A stretch of DNA of 63,424 nt, filler included, from Folioceros fuciformis (taxonomy: Eukaryota), in the NCBI GenBank assembly GCA_049999805.1. It is 5 parts of 5 records of this genome, joined end to end, with 100 filler letters (N's around TTAATTAATTAA, not from the genome) between each part and the next. Parts side by side here need not be neighbours in the genome. Positions count along the whole stretch, not along the records: positions 1 to 12,952 come from JBNGIO010005157.1; 4 more parts are not named here. One strand, written 5' to 3'. The notes under the pieces are model-generated. The model was not told where the DNA came from. It made no database searches and saw nothing but the letters and a program-made list of their open reading frames with translations. Of this stretch, positions 1 to 11,400 are shown piece by piece. The translations under genes were made by a program, and so were the position numbers. The stretch's first letter is position 1. Every line of letters begins with the position of its first letter.

Positions 1-2439
1 GGGATTTATGGAAAGAGGCCTTTCCCGTCGGCACCGAGGTACTCCGCTCCTTGTCTTTGTACATCTTTCGGTAGCAACTGTTGTGGAATCGAGTTTAGTG
101 TCAGTCGGTTCCTTGCTTGACGTGTCAGCACTGCTGTCTGGTGTCTGCAGTGGGATCAGTATGAGCGTGTTTACGAAATAGATTGGGACTTTTCTAACCT
201 TGAAGTAAGTTTCGATGTGCATCGTCGTTGCTGCCGGTTGATGTGCCACCGGAGGTCCCTCTGAGGGTTACCATCTTTCCTGCGCAGGAAGCATTTGAAG
301 AGGGGGGAGTACTGTATGACAAGAGGGTTTATCTTTTTGGATGCACAGAACGTAAGCTGCTGGCAGTGATTTACGGGTTTCCTGATGCATGCAGCGATTG
401 GTTGATTCAATGTAACCTATAGTACTAACTATGTGTGCTGTTTCGAGTGCAGCACAACTGGTGCCTTTCAAGGATAGGTCCAGGGTCATCCACATTCCTG
501 CTGTAGTAGCAGTAAGTGAGGAACACATTCCATGGCATCAAATGCTTTGACTGGACTTACCATCTTTTTCTTTTGTGTTCAAGCGGGTGACTTTTGTTGA
601 AACGTCCATGCTTTTCTAGCTACGGTGTTGTCAAACAGTCAGTGCTGAAGTAAACTTAGTTATGACTTCAAAGCCGTTCTGCTCTTTCTGTACGAGCCGT
701 TACTTTCTGCAGGGGCTGAAGGTGGCTTCAGTAACTGATAGTGTGGAGTATTGTTTGGCAGCTAATGTGTTTTCCATTCGATGTAGGTTACTTCGCCTTT
801 CCCACCCTCTGATAAAATTGGAATAAAGTCTGTGCAAATGGAGGGGGAGACGATTGTACCAATGAGGGAGATGAAGATGGATTGGGTACCATTTGTCCCA
901 GAGGAAATCCACAGGCATGTATCTATGGCTCCTCTGACTTTTTTCTCTTTCTGCACGTTGATGGTTTTGTGGTCAACTGTCTCCAATGCGGATAATTTTG
1001 CAGTTATGCCTCGCTGGAACGCTATCGAAGTCAAATCTACACTCTAAAGTGCACTCAAAGGAGGTACTTTTCTGCTTTTTTCTTGTTTCTTCATTTTTTT
1101 GGTATGATGAGAGATCATTTTTCTAGTGATATCGGATTTTGGTTCTGATTGAAACTGAGGTCATGTCGGTTGTTGCTAACAGAGCAGCCTTGAAACAGTT
1201 GAAGCAGGAGCGGATCAAGAAGTATGAGTATTGTCTACCCTGTAAGTCGGATCTGGATGATTTTGGATGTATCGTGTGAGGCCATCTGTGCTTTAATGGT
1301 AGATAGTATCCCTGAATCAGTTCTTATGGTATCTCAGCCTTAAAATCCATTTAAGCCTGACCAATCATCTCTTTTTCCCCTGTCCCCGCTGTGTTGTAGA
1401 TCTCTATCAACCTCTCAAGGAAGAAGATGTACAACAGGAGACCTCAGTTTCCATCATGTATCCATTTGAGGACGATAAACCTCCGGTGAATATTTTCTCC
1501 CGTGCGTTTGCCTTTATATTTTTGGCTTTCTTTATATAAATGAATGTCATGAGTCTTCCACCCCTGGATCTGGGAACTTTTGCATTCTTTCAGTGTTGCT
1601 TCTAGCTGACAGTGTTCTCGTTTCCCTTTTTGCCAGATAGTTACAGATTTTGATTGGGAATTTGACGAAGTTGAGGTATGGGCTTCGTATCCACAGCAAA
1701 ATTTTGTCGCGTTTTCCATGCACACTCCTCGGCTAAGTCCTAGTTTGATGCTAAGCTAGAAAAAATGTGGGTGAGGTTTGGAGTGGTGATCTTGAGTTGT
1801 TTTTATTTCTCCTTGCAGGAGTTTACACAGAACTTAATACAGGAGGAGGCTCTTCCTGAGGAAGAAAAAGTCAAATTCCAGGTATTTCAGGGCAGTTACG
1901 ACGTAGAAATTGCTTGGGGTATTCGTGTACCCTGCGTACTTCCCGTATTTGTACTATTGATTTTGGCCTGCTTTCCTAACACTGGTTCTGGGTTGGACCA
2001 TTTTCAGAATTTTGTAAAGGAAAGAGTGAAGGAAGAGAAGAGAAAGAATCGCGAGGTGACGTGCATTTAAAGTCGGCTGTTTTCTGCAATATGAAGTTTG
2101 CACTTTCTAGACAGAGCTATAACAAGTTGCGTTTCATTGGACACCAGGCTAGAGAAGCAAGGAAAAAAGCGATAGAAGAAATGAGTGAGGAGACGAAGAA
2201 TGCGTTAAAAAATATGCAGTTCTTTAAGTTTTACCCCGTTGCTAATCCCAACGCTCCTGACATCTCTTCTGTCAAGGTCTGGAAAAGCTTTTTGTACAAT
2301 GCTCCGTCGTCTTGGTGATACGAGCAAAGCTTTTGGGTGAACCTGACCTGACGCCTGAGGCATGTGATTGAACTTCGTGTGGTGGTTGCAGTCTCCGTTT
2401 ATCAATAGGTACTACGGGAAGGCTTCGCAAGTCTTGTAA
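1..2439 (+). CDS. HIT4: HEAT INTOLERANT 4-like chromocenter protein, multi-exon, 5' end outside the window
   Basis: Spliced exons read DLWKEAFPVGTE/WDQYERVYEIDWDFSNLE/EAFEEGGVLYDKRVYLFGCTE...PPSDKIGIKSVQ...KKYEYCLP...DFDWEFDE...FFKFYPV...SPFINRYYGKASQVL*, with stop TAA at 2437-2439. Confidence 0.88.
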
Positions 2440-3166
2440 TCTGTATCAATGCCACACGCTGGCAGTGAGATTTATGTAGGTTGTATTCTTTCAAGCAGTT
2501 CACTACTTTGTCTTGGATCCGTAGCCATTGTGGCGGTTTGTCTCAACTGTGGCGGCTTCGCTGTAATGGTGACTCGCTTAGTTTTCCGACTGAGGTAACT
2601 GCACACATGGTCTGTGCAATAAAGGAGGAGCTGCTTTCTTTCTTCCCTAGTCTTGATCTCCCCTTGTTCCAAGCAAGTGACTGCGGAAATGTCGCGTTTC
2701 ACGGACCTTATGTGCCTCAACTTTTGAATGGGTAGTTCAAATATCCTTCATCCGTTACCGGGCGCGGGCTTCTCCAATTCGATTGACGAATAGGAAATAC
2801 ATACACTGCAGGTCCTCCGGCAACTCAAAGATGCTACTGATGGCTCGTCCGTACGAGCGTGCGGTACAGTTGAAGTTGCGGCACCGGCGTCGCCTTCCCT
2901 CCCGGAAACGCTGCTGCGAGCTGCTTTCCATCTCCACACCACACTGGACAGGATCGAATCATCTTGTGTCTGTGCGACTGAGCACGCGCCGCCGGGGCTG
3001 TCGTTTGCGTGTGTGAGACTCTCACCCGATTCCACGGCAGCTGAAGTGTGGGTGGCTAGCTCTCTCATCATTTGGTGCGATTCACGGGGTGACAGTGCCG
3101 GACAGGCGGCGAGCATCTGCCTTGTCCGAAGTGCTGCAATAGTTGCCCTCCCTCGCCTCTTTCGAC

Positions 3167-5317
3167 ATGGCGTCCGCTCCTGATGCTGCTGCAGACAGGC
3201 CCGAGTCCGATGGGACGGAGCAGGTGAAGGAGGACGAGGAAGAGGAGGAGAAGGACAAGGACAGGGAGAAGGAGGAGCCCGAATTGGTTGGCGGGAAGGG
3301 TTCCGATTCCGCACCTGTTTATGACGACGACAAGGTGGCGCCTTCACCACCTTCAGAACCCCGGGGGCCAGACGCCAACCGGGCTGAAGACGGCTCGTAT
3401 GCTGCCGGGGCCGAGGCGGCTGAGGATTTGGGCGTGAAGATACGGACGCTCCAGACTGAGCTCCAGACGCACTGGGAGAGCAGCTGCAATTCGCTGCAGA
3501 GGGCGCTGCACTCCAGCATCCAGACGCTCTCCGCGCTCTATCAGGACGCGGCTGACAGCCTCAAGGCCCGCCTGCAGGAGAGCAGCTATTGGGCTCGAAT
3601 GCAGGATAAGGAGTTCTGGGCTGGGAAGGCGGAGGAATGGAAAGGGGAGGTTCTGGACAGGGCGGAGTACGCCTGGGATGCCTGCTGGGAGGAAGCGGAG
3701 GCGTTCAGAGGCAGATTGAGGGAAGGGGGGATCAATCCGCTTTATCTCTTCAGCGTCAGTCTGCTCATTGTGGTGGTCGTGTTCGCAGGTTGTGACTGTT
3801 CAATGCAGTGTGGGTACACGCGCTTGACCTCGGGTGCTCATTGAGCCCCATCGTGTGCCGGTGTTGTGCGCAGGTGTTGGGAAGCTGCGGTCGTGGAAGC
3901 CGAAAGCGGGCCCGGTGTCGGACAGTCCTGCTCTTCGAATACGCTTGCCTGATGGGCGGTTCATCGCGTACCGGGAGGAGGGCGTGCCTGCGGAGGAGGC
4001 AAGGCATCAGATACTTGTGGTGCACGACTTCATGTCATCCCGAATTGCGGGTAGGCTCTAGTTTGGTGTTGCAATGCAATTCACGCAGATTTGCGGTGGT
4101 GCCTGAGAGGCCGTGTTCTCGTGGCCACAGGGATTCCCGGGATCGATCCTAGGATGCTTGAAGAATTTGGGGTGCGCGTTGTGTCCTACGACAGGCCAGG
4201 GCACGGGCAAAGCGACCCTCATCCAAGCAGGAGTTTCAACACGTCTGCACAGGATATGGTGCATGTTGCGGATCTCCTGAAGCTTGGGCACAAGTTCTGG
4301 GTGCTTGGGTATGCAGGTGGAGGGCCGCATGCCTGGGCTGCAATCAAGTACATCCCTGAGAGGTTGGCTGGTAAGAGGTCTCCCCAGAAAGAACGTGGAC
4401 CAGTCACACGGCTCACTTCACACACTACTTTAACCCTGAGTGCCGATGTGTAGGTGTGGCGATGTTCGCTCCTATGGGGAATCCGTTTGCCGCGAATATG
4501 ACGAAGGATGAACAGCACAATATCTGGAGCGCATGGACCTTCCAGAGGCAGCTATTGTTCACGCTTGCTCGCCGCATTCCATCGTTTGTGCCTTCCGCAC
4601 TGAGAAGATTGCGGACCAGCAGCAAGCCGGAGCGCATTATAAAAGCCTTGCAGGGATCCTTAGGTGCCAAGGTACGCGATGCTACCATATGATTGCCCCA
4701 TACTTGGATGTCCTCCTTTGCATGCGACACTGCCATTACATTTACACCTTGCCTGTAGGATCGAGCTCTGATTGAGCACCCCAAGTTTGCGGCAAGCTGG
4801 GAACAGGATCTGAAGGAGTCTCTGAGGCAGGGTGATGCAAGCCATGTGGAAGAAATAATTCTGTATGCTAAGGATTGGGGGTTTTCTATCTCGGAGTTGT
4901 TTCATGGATCATCCCGCAATCAAGGTTTTCTGCAGAGGTGGTTTGGTATACTAAAAGTTAAGGAGGTGGAGACTTTCTCGTTCCCTGTTCACATCTGGCA
5001 GGTGTGCATCTCATCTTCTCCATGCCACCACCTCATCATCCTGTCTCGAGTTTGCCTTCTGTCAGTTCTGAGGATGTTGTCTGTGTGCCTATCAGGGGAC
5101 CGATGACCGTATCGTTCCAGCAGCTATGAACGACTTTGCCAAGAGAATGCTTCCACAGGTGCATCTTCACAAGTTAGAAAGTGAGGGACATTTTTCCTTC
5201 TTTTGCTACTGTGAGCCTTGCCACAGGCTGACACTGAGGACTCTTTTTGGAGAGGCCATAGGGCCGATTGGCCGAGCAGCCAGGGTGGAGAAGTCTGACG
5301 GCACGGCTAAAGCTTGA
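3167..5317 (+). CDS. Alpha/beta-hydrolase fold protein with acidic N-terminus and a transmembrane segment, multi-exon
   Basis: IRLPDGRFIAYREEG, YDRPGHGQSDPHP, FWVLGYAGGG (nucleophile elbow), HIWQ/GTDDRIVP and EGHFSFF, joined by GT-AG introns. Confidence 0.88.
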
Positions 5318-6042
5318 GTACAGCGACGGAGTGGGTGGAAATTGCATCAATTTTTGGAGTGGCTGGCAACAAAATATACTAGGGGAATGGAGCAGCTGCA
5401 CAGATAGCGTTTCAACCCTTCCCTTGTAGTAAAATGAAGAGTCAAGACGTTGCCCTCCGCAACATTTCTGTTTCGGTCAATCGTCCTAAGATTCCCGGTT
5501 TTCGTGAGCCTTACGAAGGGTGTATGTTTGTATGCCTCGACTGGTGTGGGGGTTGAGCTAGCGAAAATCATTTTTGCTCTTTTTAATGTCGGAAACATGG
5601 CCTCAATTTCTCCTTACTTTCGGAGAAGATGCTCGAAGACGTGTCGAATATGGCACGGAACTGCTACTCTTATAACGAGATTCATTTGGACACTGGAGAA
5701 CGCAGACACGTACACAGAAGAGGAATAGACTCAAATCAGCTACGAGAATTGCAATTTACAGTTTCCGAAGGAAGGAAAATGCATGGGCCAGTGCGGAAGT
5801 CTGGTAACCACACTGTAAAAAGGGTCCACTACACAAGGCCATCATCGCTGGAATGCTGATGTCAGACAACTACATCTGTCAGTGGAGTGCTGATGTCATA
5901 CAGCTACGTCTCTCCAATCCAGAGAAGTAGAAGTCGTGAGAGCACAGAAAGAGGTGGCCCTGAGGGAACAAAATGATACACCATGCTGTTGAAGAGGACA
6001 GCCTGTGGAAGAGGTAGAATTAAGAAGGGGCTTGCGACAACC

Positions 6043-6959
6043 TCATACGTAAGGACTGTGCTTCCCATAGCCACCCGAATAGTGTTCCCTGCGCACATTG
6101 CTGTAGGCATAACACCCAAAAGAGTACACCACAATGAGGATGATCAAGAGGGCGACATTCACCCCCGCAACTATACGCCAGTCGTGCTTCACGTTGTACA
6201 GCACACCAGCGCGGCACGAGTTGCAGTCATAGCAAAGCGTTGACTCGTCGTTACTCCAAGTGGTACAGTCGGGGTTGGTAGAAGCACTGGCACCACCCCA
6301 CGTATTGTTTCCCACCCACCGGAATTCGCATTCTGAAGGAGGAGCGCAACAGCCGGCCTGGAGAGAAAGCACACAGACAACGAAGCCAGTGAGATGGCAG
6401 GACTACGGCAGGCTTGGCAATAGCACAGACGGGGGAGCCCACAAGGTGAAAGGAAGCCTACCTGAACGGCAGAAAGCCTAGAAGAGGCGAAGTTGTCCAG
6501 GCTGCTGTACTTTTCGGAGAAGCCCCCGCAGACGTTGGCATCCTGAATACAGCTTTTGATTTTCCTCCAGTTGCTGGTGTCGTTCACTTGCTTTTGGAGC
6601 CAGGAGGAGTAGTCCTCCAGGCGGTACTGCTTATAGCCTCGGCCATCCAAGAACTCGCCAGCTCCTTTGTTGGTCACCACGAACGCGAAGACAGTGAAGC
6701 CCAAGAGCAGTAGAATGAGGAGAAACATAACAAGTAGGTATATCCACAGCAGCACCTGGGACCTGCAGGCTGCCCCAAGAAAGCCTGCTACAGACACGAG
6801 CAGAATGAAGACTCCGATGATTATGACGGGCCATTGCAGAAACTTGACACACTCCGTGGTATTCTTCCGTGCCAGCCACACTCCGACTGCGATCACCCCT
6901 ATAGCCGCCAACACTGCGATGAAGTTGATCAAGCCCGTAACCTTGTTGCTGAACCCCAT
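6043..6959 (-). CDS. TET: Tetraspanin; exons 6959-6462 and 6357-6043
   Basis: Four hydrophobic helices, CVKFLQWP, GYKQYRLEDYSSWLQ, the plant GCCxPP motif (AGCCAPP) and LCYDCNSCRAG. One phase-0 GT-AG intron at 6461-6358. Confidence 0.93.
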
Positions 6960-7657
6960 GGCTTGCCCGGCGCTCCTGCTCCTCCCAAGCTAGTGAAGTC
7001 CAACAGAGAGGAGGAGGAGGGGTGTACAGACGCTGGAGTCTGTGAGCGGTGCGTACCGGGCAGAGGGAAGCTGCGGAGCAGAGAGGTCTGAAATGAGGCG
7101 TCTGTTGTGCGGGAGGAAGGGAGGGAGCTGCGGCGAGGCGGGGCGAGGCGAGGCGAGGCGGAAGAGGACCACACTGATACAAATGAAATCGATCACGGCC
7201 TCTGCGTTTATGTAGAATGTACAAAGGACACGGACACGTACAGGAAGCCGAGTTTGGGCGGAGGTGAAGAGACCGAGTCGGGCACTCTACCTTCGGCCCA
7301 TCCCGCGTTCGAGACAGTGCTCGGAAGCTGCGGAACTTGGCCTTCAATTGTAGTGCAGTGCAGGCCTGAAACGTCGAGTCAGATCCTGACCTGACCCCAT
7401 CCCACCGCCGGCCAAGTCGGCTAACACGCCAGTTTCGAATTCCCCGTCTGCTGACACGCTGCATTTATGTTTTGTTTATGTTTTAGGGATGACGGTGGAT
7501 GTAGGGTGAACTTGTGAACTCATCCCACGTATCAAATTAATCCTTCTACTGAAACCAGGTTGGCTATTATGGTTGGCTATTATGGAATACCATAAGGACA
7601 GGGTGCTTTCATAGAAATTTTAGGGTGGCGGTAATGGTGCAAATATAATGGACGCTT

Positions 7658-7695
7658 AACAAAGTAGGTGTCCTGATCGGGACACCTACTTTGTT
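7658..7695. repeat. 38-bp near-perfect palindrome
   Basis: AACAAAGTAGGTGTCC-TGATCG-GGACACCTACTTTGTT, with 16-bp perfect arms. Confidence 0.95.
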
Positions 7696-7729
7696 TTATC
7701 CCTCGTGTCCCGGTCCGTCTCGTCTCCAA

Positions 7730-7850
7730 GTGTTCCAACACGATGCACAGCTTATCGGTGCGCTCTGTCATGACTGGCAAGTAGTTCACGATACTTGATT
7801 TGTGGAATAGAGGTAGGAAGATGTTGCGCATGGCATGCCATCGATCATCC
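7730..7850 (-). pseudogene. Cytochrome P450 exon fragment (C-helix region; CYP711/CYP3-clan-like)
   Basis: After a CAG acceptor it reads (R)DDRWHAMRNIFLPLFHKSSIVNYLPVMTERTDKLCIVLE, containing the WxxxR motif. No other P450 exons are visible. Confidence 0.6.
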
Positions 7851-7985
7851 CTGACATGAGCGACAGAAGGCTGTCTTTGAGCTGGCTGCCCTGCCCCTTG
7901 ATTTTTCCAACCGATGCCGAGAATGGATGAGAAGATCTCAAAAGCTCCGATGCTGCACAGCACGAATTTGACACTTCCAACGTAC

Positions 7986-8092
7986 CCAGTGCTTGTACCC
8001 GCGCTCCTTTTTTATCCTCTCTAGCATCGGGTTGTCGAAATAAGTGTCTGCGTCCAGCTTCCAGATGAGAATTCCCAGCGCAAGAACGGGTG
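7986..8092 (-). pseudogene. ARD: Acireductone dioxygenase exon fragment
   Basis: A frame absent from the ORF track reads [31 protein letters not shown] followed by a GTACG donor. It resembles the ARD segment LGVLxWxLDADxYxxDxxLxxIRxxRGY. Confidence 0.75.
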
Positions 8093-8271
8093 CTACGAAA
8101 CCGCGTCAAGGACGAAAGCTTGGGCATAATCCCTGGCATTCCCACTGCAAATCTCATCCCCCAGATCCAAGCCTGCCCAGGAGGGGGAAAATCATCACTT
8201 TGCAAGTGCTCGGGAGAAACCGGCCAGTTGGGGCGGAATTGATGCCAGGTGGTATGGTACTCGCTCCCCTC

Positions 8272-8446
8272 TAATAATATAGGGGCATCTAACCCTAAGG
8301 TAGGTTAGGTGTCCAGGTCATAGGTTAGTGGAATACCCTAACGGCTAGTAACCATCTGCCGCGTGCACAAGACAGTAGTGTGTAACGCGTTCATCAATCA
8401 ATCTTTTCCTACACCTATCGCTCACCAGCGTACTCGATACTTGTCA
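8272..8446 (+). repeat. 5' LTR (~175 bp) of the copia element
   Basis: Starts TAATAATATAGGGG versus TGTTAATATAGGGG at the 3' LTR, and ends ...TTGTCA immediately before the PBS. Confidence 0.8.
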
Positions 8447-8458
8447 TGGTATCTGAGC
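8447..8458 (+). promoter_or_regulatory. Primer binding site (tRNA-iMet)
   Basis: TGGTATCTGAGC, one mismatch to TGGTATCAGAGC. Confidence 0.85.
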
Positions 8459-11400
8459 AAGAATCGCCGTGATTCCTGGTTTGAGATGTTCATGGCAGCG
8501 TGCGCATCACGGCGCCTGGAATTTCCTAACTCTACGGTGGTTTTCTAAGATGCAGTGGTGCTCTCTTAAAGTTACATCTGGCTCCTAACCACGGTCACGT
8601 TTAGAATGGCGGTGGTGCTTGGTGTTTCTTTCCCTCTGACCTGAGTGTTGCGATCCTGTTGTGCTGCTGCTACAAATGCCTCTTGGGCTTTGGTTCTGGA
8701 GAATGTCAACAGCAACAAGCGACGGTTAGCAGCTATGCCTGGCCAGAGGAAACGAGAACGCCTTGCAAGGCGAGCTAGAAAACTTCAAGAGGTCCGTGCG
8801 TGGGAGTCTGAGCGGGAGGAAGCCTACCTGCAAACCCTCGCACCCACACGCTGGCAGCAGGTTTGGATAAAAATCTGCATTATATGTGAACTGATGGCAA
8901 CAAACATAATTCAAGGCTATCTAGCACTAGACGGTTACGATTGGAGCCGCATTGATGTTTTTTATCTTCTTTGACCAAAATGCTGCTCCCTTCGAGTCAG
9001 GAACTTCTTTCTCTGCATTTACCCACTCCAGCAAATTCAGCCACTCAGCATTTGTATCACCACTTGAAGCAACTGTTTTCCAGACAAGATGAGGAGCAAC
9101 CTGCTTTCATAGTCAGGCAGTATGCATCACATACCCTGCATCATATCCTGCTGGAGTACTCTCTAAGTGAGGTCGTAACCCTTAAGGTCAAACTAGAAGC
9201 CTGCAAAGAACCTGGTCAGCACGTTTCCTGCAAGGTGGACTTTGCACCCGTGCAAACGTGAGAGCGTGGAGTACGATGGCACAACAACAGCAAGCTACAT
9301 CAATTGCCCCCATCAACATTCCTAAGAGAGACAAGTTCGATGGAGAGAATTACCATGTATGGAAGAAAAGCATGGAAGAAATCCTGAAATCCAGGAAACT
9401 CTAGGCGCATGTTCATGGTGTGGGAAATCCGCCAGTTCCCACACCCAGACCTTTGGTCACTGACCCTGATGCAGTTACTAGGTGGGAGGAGGCCGACCAA
9501 CAAGCCCGTACCCTCCTTCACTTCAACGTGAAGAGCTCCCACACTGGAGTGTTCCAAGGAACTGGCGAGAGCGCAACAGCCTGGTGGAAAGAAGTGAAGC
9601 TACTCTACGACTCACGGGACCTCATGCTGCAGACCTATGTACTTAAACAATTTATAGGACTCAAGATGAAGGAGTCTGACCCTGTCGACAAGCATGTCTT
9701 GGATTTTCGCAACTGCAGAAGCCAAGCTGGTGTCAGCAGGTTTTCATCTCGAGGAGGAGCTACTAGCAGTGATCCTTCTCACCACACTGCCCGGAGACAT
9801 GGACAAGTGTGGTCCAAGGGCTGCAAGACGTGAGGCCAATCTCAGTAAATCGAGTTATTTCAGCAATGCTCACTGAAGAATCTCGAAGGAAAATAGTGCA
9901 TACCTTTGTTTCAGGAGGAGCGGAAAGGCCCTGTGGATGGGCAAACCTGGACAAGGTAGGGGACGAGGTTGCCCCTTTGGACGAGGCAGGGGCAGAGGCA
10001 GAGGCATGCCCCCAAGGCCTCCAGCGTTTGGCACAAGCAAAGGCAGGCCACCATGTGGATTCTGGTGCACAGCGATGTTTGTGGCAAGAGGGAAGGAATA
10101 TTTTACCACATCCATTGACGACTGCACCCGCTTTTGTGTAGTCTATTTTCTGAAGCACAAGTCCGAAACGTTCGCCTAATTTATGGAATATAAGGCATGG
10201 GAAGAAACTCAAACTGGTCATCGCTCGAGATTTTGCAGTCAGACAATGGAGGAGAGTTTACCTCTGGCGAATTTGATGCATTCTGCAAGACACATGGCAT
10301 AGCGAGGCAGCTGACAAATGCATATATTCCACAACAGAATGGGGTGGCGGAGCACAAAAATCAGTCCTTGGAGACCTTAGCCTCCAGCATGCTCCACCAT
10401 GCAAACCTGCCCAAAGCTTACTAGGCAGAGGCAGTTAGTTATGTTGCTTACATCCAGAACCGGATTGCTCACAAGTCAGTGAAGGGAAAAACTCCCTACG
10501 AAATGTGGATAGGCAGGAAGCCCAATCTCTCTCACCTTCAGGTGTTTGGCTCGATTGTGTACACACAAATCCATAAGGACCTGCGCAGAAAGTTCGAACC
10601 CAAGTCAAATTCATGCATTTTCATTGGGTTCACAGAAGGCATTAAGGGCTACAAGGTGCTGAACAAACGAACAAGGGTCGTTACCCATTCCAGGAATGTG
10701 GTCTTTGTCGAAGGCGTGGAGTCCCAACAGTCAGTGGGAGCGACGTCACCTGATGACTCTCCAAGTTCCGATGATGGCTATGCAGAAGAGGAGGAGGAGA
10801 TGCTGGTCGGAGACATCCGCGTTCCTCTTCCTGCTGCGCCTGTGGCACCTGGAGCCCCTGCAGCATAAGTGGTACCAGCACCACAGTCACCACTCGTGCA
10901 AACACCACTGTGGACACCTGGACGCATCATTCGCAGCAGAAACTTGCAAGATTCACCTTCAGTTGGGTCGTTGCATTTTGAGGAGGCAGAGACTATCATC
11001 CCTTCAACTTCACCGATTGGACAGCATAGAAGGAAACCAAAGCATGCTCATCTTGAGCCCAGGCAGTCTCAACAAACACACAGACCTCCAGACATGTATG
11101 CATCAGAGGACTTTCGGTACCCTAAGTCCCATCTCACTTACTGCCTAGCTGCCAATACACTTCTGTACGAATAGCCTACATATGAAGCAGCCTTGAGCTG
11201 AGCAGATGCTGAACACTGGTACAAGGCTATCCAGTCTGAGCTGGCATCCTTGCATGAAAACCAAACTTGGAAAATTGCCAGTCTCCCTATAGACAGAAAA
11301 CAAGTTGGCAGGAAGTGGGTGTTTAAGATCAAGCTCAAAGCTGATGGTAGTGTTGCGCGCTATAAAGCAAGGCTAGTCGCGAAGGGGTATTCACAAATAC

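Noticed and set aside
6631..7464. 277-aa ORF overlapping the tetraspanin start
   Set aside because: An alternative frame through a GC-rich promoter/UTR with GCGAG microrepeats; not protein-like.
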